This document shows, piece after piece, positions 55,190 through 64,000 of a DNA stretch of 64,000 bases. Source of the DNA: an uncultured SAR86 cluster bacterium (GTDB taxonomy: Bacteria > Pseudomonadota > Gammaproteobacteria > Magnimaribacterales > D2472); assembly GCA_902531245.1 (NCBI GenBank), contig CACADH010000003.1:15394-79393 (forward strand). The letters are read 5' to 3'. A program made the position numbers and the translations under genes. Numbering within the stretch: the first letter of the stretch is position 1; the number at the start of each line of letters is the position of its first letter. A model generated the notes under the pieces. It searched no databases. It was not told the origin of the DNA and saw only the letters and a program-made list of their open reading frames with translations.

Positions 55190-56124
55190 CTAAAGAAATA
55201 AAATTAGCCAATCCTCGAGGCTTTTGTGCTGGTGTAGACAGAGCTATAGACATTGTAAATAAAGCTCTTGATATATATGGAGCTCCTGTGTATGTGAAAC
55301 ATGAAGTTGTTCATAATAAAGTAGTTGTGAATGATTTAAGAAATAGGGGCGCAGTATTTGTAGAGGAAATTGATGAGATTCCTGATGATTCATTGGTAAT
55401 TTTTAGTGCTCATGGAGTATCTAGTGAGGTAGAGGAGACTACCAAGGCAAGAAATCTTAATTTTTTTGATGCCACATGTCCTTTAGTTACCAAAGTTCAT
55501 ATGGAAGTAAGAAAACACGCAAAAGCAAATAGAGATATTATTTTAATTGGTCATGAGGGACATCCTGAAGTAGAAGGTACTATGGGTCGTCATATAAATT
55601 CTGAAAATAGTTCAATCTATTTAGTTCAAGATGAGAATGATGCATTAAGTATTAATGTAAACAATAGTGAAAGTCTTGCTCTTGTTACTCAGACAACACT
55701 TAGTGTTGATGAAACAATATCGATAATAGATATATTAAGAAATAGATTTCCAAATATCGAAGTTCCTAAAAAAGATGATATTTGTTATGCAACACAAAAC
55801 AGGCAGGATGCTGTAAAACAACTTGCCCTTGAATCAGATTACATTATTGTAGTTGGATCAAAAAATAGCTCAAACTCGAATAGACTGAAAGAGCTTGCTG
55901 AAAAATGTGGTTGCAAATCAACTTTAATAGATGAATTTTCAGACTTAGATCTTGAGGATATTAAAAAATTCAAAAATATTGCTATTACAGCCGGAGCATC
56001 TGCTCCAGAATCAAGAGTTATGGAAATCGCAAAATCTCTTGAAGATTATTTTGGAGCGAAGCTTATTGAGGATGGTGAAGATACTGAGAATGTCTATTTT
56101 AAAATGCCTCCTGGATTGAGATAA
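55186..56124 (+). CDS. ispH: HMBPP reductase IspH
   Basis: PRGFCAGV, SAHG, DATCPLV, ICYATQNRQ, SSNS, TAGASAP. Confidence 0.97.
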   Translation: MTKEIKLANPRGFCAGVDRAIDIVNKALDIYGAPVYVKHEVVHNKVVVNDLRNRGAVFVEEIDEIPDDSLVIFSAHGVSSEVEETTKARNLNFFDATCPLVTKVHMEVRKHAKANRDIILIGHEGHPEVEGTMGRHINSENSSIYLVQDENDALSINVNNSESLALVTQTTLSVDETISIIDILRNRFPNIEVPKKDDICYATQNRQDAVKQLALESDYIIVVGSKNSSNSNRLKELAEKCGCKSTLIDEFSDLDLEDIKKFKNIAITAGASAPESRVMEIAKSLEDYFGAKLIEDGEDTENVYFKMPPGLR

Positions 56125-56664
56125 ATGGAAATTGAAAACCATATTTTTAAAAATATAAAATTCGTCAATTCTCCAAATTTTAATGAAAGACCTGAAAACT
56201 CTAAAATAAGCTTAATAGTAATTCACTCAATTAGCCTTCCTCCAAATGTTTATGGAAACAATTATGTAGAAGATTTTTTTATGAATAAACTCATCATATC
56301 TGATCATGATTATTTTCAAGAGATTCAAGATATGAAAGTATCATCTCACCTTTATATAAAGAGAACCGGCGAAACTATTCAATTTGTACCATTAAACATG
56401 AGAGCATGGCATGCTGGCGAATCATCCTATAAAGGTATTAAAGATTGTAATAACTATTCAATTGGAATTGAGCTCGAAGGAACAGACTGTGATGTTTACT
56501 CAAATGAACAATACGAATCATTGATTCAAGTTTCAAGATTGATTATTAAAAATTATCCAGAAATAAATAAGGATAGCATTACAGGCCACTCCGATATTTC
56601 ACCTGGAAGAAAAACAGATCCTGGTAATAAGTTTGAATGGAGAAGGTATTTAGATGCACTATGA
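56125..56664 (+). CDS. ampD: 1,6-anhydro-N-acetylmuramyl-L-alanine amidase AmpD
   Basis: HSISLPP, VSSH, RAWHAGES, SIGIELEG, GHSDISPGRKTDPG. Confidence 0.96.
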   Translation: MEIENHIFKNIKFVNSPNFNERPENSKISLIVIHSISLPPNVYGNNYVEDFFMNKLIISDHDYFQEIQDMKVSSHLYIKRTGETIQFVPLNMRAWHAGESSYKGIKDCNNYSIGIELEGTDCDVYSNEQYESLIQVSRLIIKNYPEINKDSITGHSDISPGRKTDPGNKFEWRRYLDAL

Positions 56665-57917
56665 TTAAGAATGACTATTTAAAAATAATCTCATTCACAG
56701 GCTTTGGATTTGCTTCTGGTTTGCCTTATGTATTAATTTTAATAACGCTCACTGCATGGTTAAGGGATGTAGGCATAGATTTGAGTCTTATTGGTTTTAT
56801 AAGTTGGATTAGCCTAGCGTATTCAATTAAATTTCTTTGGGCACCATTTATCGATAGATTCTCGATACCTTTTTTAAATATTTTTGGTTCACGAAGAAGT
56901 TGGATTATTTTGATGCAAATCGTAATAATTATTTCTATATACATACTCTCAACTATAAATCCAATAACAAATCTTTCTTTTTTTGCATTTATTGCTCTAA
57001 TTATTGCCTTGGCTGGTTCAATACAAGATATTGCAATAGATGCTTATAGAATTGAAAGTGCTAAGCTCGAAGATCAAGGAAATTTAGCAGCTGGTTATCA
57101 GTTCGGATACAGAATCGCAATTTTAGTAGGGTCCTCTTTAGCATTAATAATTGCAGCTAATTTCTCTTGGTCATTTGCTTATCAATTGATGGCTTTAATA
57201 TTTATTGTGAACATAGTCTTATCAATGCTCATTTCAAGTGAATCACAAAATCATGATCTACAGAAGTTAAATCATATCAATTCAATAATTGAACCATTAA
57301 AGGATTTCTTTTCTAGATTTGGTATTAAGATGGCTTCAATTCTTCTCTTAATTGTAGCCACATACAGATTAACTGACATTGTAATGGGCCCAATGGCAAA
57401 CCCTTTTTATATTGATATGGGTTATACACTTGAGGAAATTGGTTATATTGTGAAAGTAGTTGCATTAATTGCAACAATTTTTGGAGTTTTTCTTGGCGGC
57501 ATATTAATAAAAAGAATTGGTTTGTATAAATCGTTAATAATTGGTGGAATTTTAGTAATGTTTACTAATTTATTTTTTTCTTATGCAGCTTTAAGTGAAA
57601 AGAATTTGACTCTTTTAGCTTCAATAGTAGCTTCTGATAGCATTGCAGCAGGAATTGTTGGTACTGTAAATATAACTTTTTTAACTAGCTTAGTTTCCCA
57701 AAAATATACAGGATTTCAGTATGCATTATTAACCTCATTAATGGCATTTTTAGGAAAAATATTTGCCGGATTTTCGGGTTTGATAGTTGAAAATTTTCAA
57801 AGTTTATATGGTTTTTCCATCGGATGGATGTCTTTTTATATATTTACATCGATCTTGGCTTTACCAGCAATACTTATGATCTATCAAAACAGAAGCTTTT
57901 TTACATTAATTAAATAG
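56661..57917 (+). CDS. ampG: muropeptide MFS permease AmpG
   Basis: GFASGLP, KFLWAP..D, RRSW, QDIAIDAYRIE; ATG at 56661 overlaps the ampD stop. Confidence 0.93.
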   Translation: MIKNDYLKIISFTGFGFASGLPYVLILITLTAWLRDVGIDLSLIGFISWISLAYSIKFLWAPFIDRFSIPFLNIFGSRRSWIILMQIVIIISIYILSTINPITNLSFFAFIALIIALAGSIQDIAIDAYRIESAKLEDQGNLAAGYQFGYRIAILVGSSLALIIAANFSWSFAYQLMALIFIVNIVLSMLISSESQNHDLQKLNHINSIIEPLKDFFSRFGIKMASILLLIVATYRLTDIVMGPMANPFYIDMGYTLEEIGYIVKVVALIATIFGVFLGGILIKRIGLYKSLIIGGILVMFTNLFFSYAALSEKNLTLLASIVASDSIAAGIVGTVNITFLTSLVSQKYTGFQYALLTSLMAFLGKIFAGFSGLIVENFQSLYGFSIGWMSFYIFTSILALPAILMIYQNRSFFTLIK

Positions 57918-58261
57918 TGCAACTCAGTAGATTAATATTTTTTTCTTCACTTCTTGTGGTATTTATATTAAGCACTATAAATGCGAGCGAGATTCCAAGA
58001 TTTAATTCATTATCTATGTTGTCTGATAAATTAGTACATATATTAATTTATGCATACTTAAGCTATGTTGGATCTATATGTAAGTTTAAGATTTCTAATC
58101 TGACTTTAGTTTTTTACATTTTTTTATTTGGAGCATTTATTGAATTGATACATTATTATCATCCATATAGATATTTTGAGTATTTTGACTTACTTGCAAA
58201 CCTAATTGGGGTTACAATTGCGCTGCTAATAATTAGGTTAAAAAATAATTTAATCTATTGA
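57917..58261 (+). CDS. VanZ family membrane protein
   Basis: DKLVH..IY, IELIH...P.R.FE..DLLAN..G. Confidence 0.85.
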   Translation: MQLSRLIFFSSLLVVFILSTINASEIPRFNSLSMLSDKLVHILIYAYLSYVGSICKFKISNLTLVFYIFLFGAFIELIHYYHPYRYFEYFDLLANLIGVTIALLIIRLKNNLIY

Positions 58262-58282
58262 TTTATAATTTTTAGCCCATAA
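58257..58282 (+). promoter_or_regulatory. possible sigma32 promoter for groESL
   Basis: ATTGAT...GCCCATAA loosely resembles CTTGAA-N13/15-CCCCAT; the spacer is slightly short. Confidence 0.3.
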
Positions 58283-58325
58283 CTACTGTCTAAGATAGAT
58301 TTTAGTTATTTATATGGAGAGATAA

Positions 58326-58613
58326 ATGAAGTTAAGACCTTTACATGACAATGTTCTTGTTAAAAGAACAGAAGAAGAGGAAACATCTACTGGTGGCATT
58401 ATTCTTTCTGGTTCTGCAAAAGAAAAGCCATCTCAAGGTGAGGTAGTTGCAGTCGGACCTGGAAAAGTTTCTGAATCAGGCAACTCAGTTTCTATGAATG
58501 TTTCAGTTGGAGATACAGTTATTTTTGGCCAATACGGCGGCAATGAAATCAAATTAGACGGTGAAGATTATCTTATTCTAAGTGAAAGAGATATTTTTGG
58601 TGTCGTAGAATAA
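58326..58613 (+). CDS. groES: co-chaperonin GroES
   Basis: LRPLHD.V, GGIIL..SAKEKP, AVGPG. Confidence 0.98.
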   Translation: MKLRPLHDNVLVKRTEEEETSTGGIILSGSAKEKPSQGEVVAVGPGKVSESGNSVSMNVSVGDTVIFGQYGGNEIKLDGEDYLILSERDIFGVVE

Positions 58614-58632
58614 ATTTTTAATAGGGAGATAA

Positions 58633-60279
<1,647 letters not shown>

Positions 60280-60303
60280 ATCTTTAATACTATTTAAAAA
60301 ATT

Positions 60304-60328
60304 TGGGGCATTTTGCCCCATTTTTTTT
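60304..60328 (+). terminator. intrinsic terminator after groEL
   Basis: TGGGGCA-TTT-TGCCCCA followed by T8. Confidence 0.9.
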
Positions 60329-60372
60329 GTATAATTAACTCAATTAATAATAATATTTTTGGAGCTCCTTAA

Positions 60373-60549
60373 ATGAAAGCCATATACTTTTTACCAATTT
60401 TTTCAATAAATTTATTTGCTCATATAAACAATACTATTCATTCTCATATGATTGAATTTTTTGTTAATTCGATTATTTTATTTGCTTATGTTTCTTTAGG
60501 TTTAACAATTGCCCTAATTATTAGAGCAATTTATAGGAGGTCTGTATGA
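60373..60549 (+). CDS. small His-containing membrane protein (58 aa), not in the ORF track
   Basis: GGAG upstream; MKAIYFLPIFSINLFAHINNTIHSHMIEFFVNSIILFAYVSLGLTIALIIRAIYRRSV*; ATGA overlap with sodN. Confidence 0.7.
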   Translation: MKAIYFLPIFSINLFAHINNTIHSHMIEFFVNSIILFAYVSLGLTIALIIRAIYRRSV

Positions 60550-61010
60550 AAATTAGAAATGCAAGTGCTCATTGTGATATACCATGTGCTGTTTATGATC
60601 CAGGAGTAGCTCAATATGCTGCATTAAGCGTAGTTAGATTCTTGGATTTAATTGGTGAGATGCCTGAAAAAATAGAATCTAAGAAAGATCTAGCTCATTT
60701 ATCTAGACTAGTTCAACAAAAAGAGGAACATGCCGTTGAAGTTAAGGATGCTGTAAAAACTATATGGGGTGATTATTTTAAAGAGCCCCAAATGGAAAAA
60801 TTTCCAGAAATTCATGATCTAACACACTCAATCATGATGACAGCTTCTAAGTGTAAGCAAGACATTGATCGCCAAAATGGTGTAGATTTGATTGAAAAAG
60901 TTAACAGGTTTGCTGAGATATTTTGGGCAACAAAAGATGTTAAAACAGTAACTAAAAAATCTTTAAATCCACCACATATGGATATTATCGTTCCAGTTTT
61001 AAGTGATTAA
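60546..61010 (+). CDS. sodN: nickel superoxide dismutase
   Basis: Ni-hook HCDIPCAVYDP after an 8-aa leader; KEEHA, IWGDYFK, FAEIFWATK. Confidence 0.96.
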   Translation: MKIRNASAHCDIPCAVYDPGVAQYAALSVVRFLDLIGEMPEKIESKKDLAHLSRLVQQKEEHAVEVKDAVKTIWGDYFKEPQMEKFPEIHDLTHSIMMTASKCKQDIDRQNGVDLIEKVNRFAEIFWATKDVKTVTKKSLNPPHMDIIVPVLSD

Positions 61011-61275
61011 TCTTCATAGAGTTAGGGGCCAAAGTATGACCCCTAATTTTAACGAAAATGATTTAGTTCTTAGCTTAAAGTATTTTCGCTCTTTAAGAGT
61101 CGATGATGTGATATTGCTTGATATCCCAAAGATTGGAACAGTATTAAAAAGAATTAAATCAATTAATGGAATAGATATAATTATCGATGGTGATAATAAA
61201 GAGTACCCATCAGAAATTTATAATAAAAAATATAAAACTAATGATGTTATTGGTAAAGTCTTTTTTAAATTTTAA
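61003..61275 (+). CDS. sodX: NiSOD maturation protease (S26-like)
   Basis: RV.GQSM.P, LKRI (Ser/Lys dyad), GDN, IGKV; directly after sodN. Confidence 0.85.
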   Translation: MINLHRVRGQSMTPNFNENDLVLSLKYFRSLRVDDVILLDIPKIGTVLKRIKSINGIDIIIDGDNKEYPSEIYNKKYKTNDVIGKVFFKF

Positions 61276-62521
61276 CGATTTTAATTTTTGATATTAAATT
61301 CTCATCTAATTCCAAAACCTCAAACCTATAATTCTCTATTTGGATACACAAGTTAGCTTGAGGAATTTGATCAAGATATTCAGTAATTAATCCATTAATA
61401 GTTTTGGCATTATCTTCAGGAATTGCCCAGCTTAAATAATTATTAAGTTCTCTAATTTTTGAATTACCATCAGTTAATATTGATCCATCTTTTAATTTAA
61501 TAAATTCTTTTTCTAACTCATCACTATCCCCACCAAATGTTCCAGTTATTTCCTTAAAAATATCCTCAACAGATATCAAACCCTCTATTTCTCCATATTC
61601 ATCTACAACCAAACCTAAACTTTGATTACTTGAGAGAAACTCTCTAAGTTGCTTCATTAGAAGGGTAGATTGAGATACAAAATATGTTTTTTGGAGTATT
61701 TTTTTATAATCTTGATTTTTTTTACTAAAATTTTCTAAGAATGAATGAGAATCTTTTAAATGAAGAACACCAATCATATTATCAATTGTATCTTCATAAA
61801 CTGGTAGTCTAGTATATTCAGTAGATTCAATAATTTTTGTAGCATTTTGATAATTTTTATTAATGTTTATACCAATTATTTCAGAAGTAGGAATCATAAT
61901 ATCTTCAACAACAAGCTCTTCCATACCTAGAACGGAAGATAGCATTTTTCTATATTGCTTTGGAATAAGATCTCCCGACTCTTCAAGTAATGTTTTAAGC
62001 TCTTCAGTATTAAGACTATCGTTTAACGTTGCATCTTTAGCATCTAATTTAAATATTTTAAGAATTAATCTACTTAAGAAATTAGTAAAAAATATTATTG
62101 GTTTAAATACATAGATTAGAATATTAAGTATAAAAGATGATCTTGTAGCAAAACTTTCAGGCTTTATAGCAGCCATGGTTTTTGGAGTAATTTCTGAGAA
62201 AATTAGAATTACTATGGTTAATATAATTGAACCAACCAAAACATTACCTCCAAAATAATTAATCATAATTATCGTTACAATTGCCGAAGCTAAAATATTA
62301 GCAAAATTATTTCCTACCAATATTGCAGATAATAATTGGTCTGGTCTTTTTAAAAGATTTAGAGCTCTTTTAGCGCTTGTTTTTGATTTTTTTGATAAAT
62401 TCCTGAGCTTAATTTTATTGGCGGCCATCATCCCTGTTTCAGAACCAGAAAAGAAACCACTAACAATTAATAAAGATATCAGTATTGAAAGTAAAAATAT
62501 CAAAGAGGGATCTTCTATCAT
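61265..62521 (-). CDS. CNNM/CorC (HlyC) family CBS-domain protein, YfjD-like
   Basis: FFSGSETGMM, ILVGNNFAN, FSEITPKT, CBS pair, VVDEYGEIEG; start placed at the ATG (MIEDPS) overlapping the upstream stop. Confidence 0.9.
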   Translation of the reverse strand: MIEDPSLIFLLSILISLLIVSGFFSGSETGMMAANKIKLRNLSKKSKTSAKRALNLLKRPDQLLSAILVGNNFANILASAIVTIIMINYFGGNVLVGSIILTIVILIFSEITPKTMAAIKPESFATRSSFILNILIYVFKPIIFFTNFLSRLILKIFKLDAKDATLNDSLNTEELKTLLEESGDLIPKQYRKMLSSVLGMEELVVEDIMIPTSEIIGININKNYQNATKIIESTEYTRLPVYEDTIDNMIGVLHLKDSHSFLENFSKKNQDYKKILQKTYFVSQSTLLMKQLREFLSSNQSLGLVVDEYGEIEGLISVEDIFKEITGTFGGDSDELEKEFIKLKDGSILTDGNSKIRELNNYLSWAIPEDNAKTINGLITEYLDQIPQANLCIQIENYRFEVLELDENLISKIKIVKI

Positions 62522-63087
62522 TACGATCCAATTATGTAAGAATTCATAAAATAAGCACCCAATACAGCCCACATTGCTATAAAAAGACTCCTCGTGCCAT
62601 ATTTAATTGGAAAATTAAAATATTTCACACCAAGAACTGTTACAACAAATATTAACCAAGCTATAAAAGTAAAAATCGCTTTGAATATTAAATTTGCTGT
62701 AAAAATAGACTGCATACTAAGACCTGAAATTAAAGCTAGAGATAAAAACAAAAGTCCCACGCCCAATAGTTTGAATACTATTTTATAATTACTTTCAATT
62801 GAAAATGGCTCAATACTTGCTAAATCGCCAAGCTTAATTTTTCTAACTTTTCTTTCAAGGATTAGAATTTCATTATATGCAATAAATATGAACAATAAGC
62901 TCAATCCAGTCACCATAAAATGAATTGTTGGCAATATAGTGATAACCTCATAAGTTAATAAATAAATTAAAATATATGAAAAAGCCGAGACATATATAGA
63001 AACATAAAGTGATCTTTCTTTTTGGTAGAAGAATCTAATAATAAAATAAATAACTATACTTATAGTTACATGGCTAATAAAACTCAT
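62521..63087 (-). CDS. cytochrome c assembly family membrane protein (YpjD-like, shortened)
   Basis: Multi-TM protein; K.IF...AW motif; LAS.EP.SIE loop; ypjD-yfjD synteny next to rpsP. Confidence 0.6.
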   Translation of the reverse strand: MSFISHVTISIVIYFIIRFFYQKERSLYVSIYVSAFSYILIYLLTYEVITILPTIHFMVTGLSLLFIFIAYNEILILERKVRKIKLGDLASIEPFSIESNYKIVFKLLGVGLLFLSLALISGLSMQSIFTANLIFKAIFTFIAWLIFVVTVLGVKYFNFPIKYGTRSLFIAMWAVLGAYFMNSYIIGS

Positions 63088-63189
63088 TAAATATAAAGAT
63101 TAATTAAAACTTTGCATAATAATACTATCAATATTAGCAAGGTTACCCTAAAATACACATCTTTTTAAACAAATTTAAATATTTTTACT

Positions 63190-63825
63190 ATGGTAATTAT
63201 TAGATTGGCTAGAAGTGGTTCAAAAAAGAATCCATATTATTTTATAACTGTTGCAGATGAAAGACGTCCAAGAGACGGCTCATTTATTGAGAGACTTGGT
63301 TTTTTTAATCCTTCAGCTAAAGGTCAAGAAGAAAGATTAAGAATAGATTTAAATAAGATAGAAGAGTGGAAATCAAAAGGAGCTCAGGTTAGTGATAGAG
63401 TGGGTGCTTTAGTAAAAGAGGCTAATTTAACACCAGAAGAGTTTGCAGCAAAGGTTGAAGCAAAAAAAGCAAAAGCTAATGCAAAAAAAGCTGCTTTAGC
63501 AGAAAAATTAGCAAAAGAAGCTGAGGAGCAAGCTGCTAGTGAGGCTCCAGCAGAAGAAGCACCTGCAGAAGAAGAAGCTCCAGCAGAAGAAGCACCTGCA
63601 GAAGAAGAAGCTCCAGCAGAAGAAGCACCAGCAGAAGAAGAAGCGCCTGCAGAAGAAGCGCCTGCAGAAGAAGAAGCACCTATAGAAGAAGCTCCAGCAG
63701 AAGAAGAAGCACCTGTAGAAGAAGCACCTGCAGAAGAAGAAGCTCCAGCAGAAGAAGCGCCTGCAGAAGAAGCGCCTGCAGAAGAAGAGTCTGAAGAAAA
63801 AGATTCTTCAGAAGATGAAAAATAG
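63190..63825 (+). CDS. rpsP: 30S ribosomal protein S16 with long acidic tail
   Basis: [39 protein letters not shown]. Confidence 0.97.
   Translation: MVIIRLARSGSKKNPYYFITVADERRPRDGSFIERLGFFNPSAKGQEERLRIDLNKIEEWKSKGAQVSDRVGALVKEANLTPEEFAAKVEAKKAKANAKKAALAEKLAKEAEEQAASEAPAEEAPAEEEAPAEEAPAEEEAPAEEAPAEEEAPAEEAPAEEEAPIEEAPAEEEAPVEEAPAEEEAPAEEAPAEEAPAEEESEEKDSSEDEK
63541..63789 (+). repeat. in-frame tandem repeat encoding (E)EEAPA units
   Basis: 15/18-bp units GAAGAA(GAA)GC[TAG]CC[AT]GCA repeated through the rpsP 3' region. Confidence 0.95.
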
Positions 63826-64000
63826 TAAACTTGTTTGCATTGGAACCATTGGAAAACCTAGAGGTTTAAAAGGAGAGTTTTTTCTAAATTCTTTTTGTAA
63901 TCCTAGAGAAAATATTCTTAAATACATTAATAATATCCAGACTACGGATATAAAGCTTAGCTTTGAGTATATTAAAAAAAGCAACACTAAATTTCATGCA
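63815..64000 (+). CDS. rimM: ribosome maturation factor RimM (5' part, runs off window)
   Basis: [21 protein letters not shown] matches the RimM G.I...G.KG motif; follows rpsP. Confidence 0.88.
   Translation, partial: MKNSKLVCIGTIGKPRGLKGEFFLNSFCNPRENILKYINNIQTTDIKLSFEYIKKSNTKFHA

Noticed and set aside
62522-62572. ORF-track N-terminal extensions of the CNNM gene (also sdhD, bamB, ampG, ispG, ribF)
   Set aside because: They overlap upstream genes; downstream ATGs with stop/start coupling fit the families better.
63541-63789. Tandem repeats as a possible CRISPR array
   Set aside because: They are in-frame coding repeats with no unique spacers and no cas genes nearby.

Overview
This is an AT-rich, very densely packed chromosomal window (many 1-4 bp gene overlaps). 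Gene order and streamlining suggest a marine gammaproteobacterium, probably SAR86-like; that assignment is an inference. Most of it is core genome: ispF'-surE-pcm, recA, proS/aspS/yebC, tol-pal, tRNA-Lys, dapA-bamC-purC, the isc operon, ndk-rlmN-rodZ-ispG-hisS-bamB-der, sdhCDAB-sucAB-lpd-sucCD, murJ-ribF-ileS-lspA-ispH, ampD-ampG, groESL, sodN-sodX and rpsP-rimM'. I see no CRISPR array, prophage, integrase or IS element. The standout is a close match to the glutamine (glnA-motif) riboswitch at 6056-6104, with a competing terminator-like fold. It lies directly upstream of a circularly permuted ATP-grasp/alpha-E pair that is divergent from an Anbu proteasome-type protease, suggesting a glutamine-sensing peptide synthesis/turnover system. 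Other notable items are a phage/Hjc-like PD-(D/E)XK nuclease where ruvCAB normally sits, a ferredoxin fused to an ExbD/TolR-like domain, an unannotated His-rich small membrane ORF coupled to the Ni-SOD operon, a sigma54-type promoter before an orphan winged-helix protein, a ProRS without its editing domain, an isc operon without hscBA, and a probable ATT start codon. All calls were made by eye, with no database searches.
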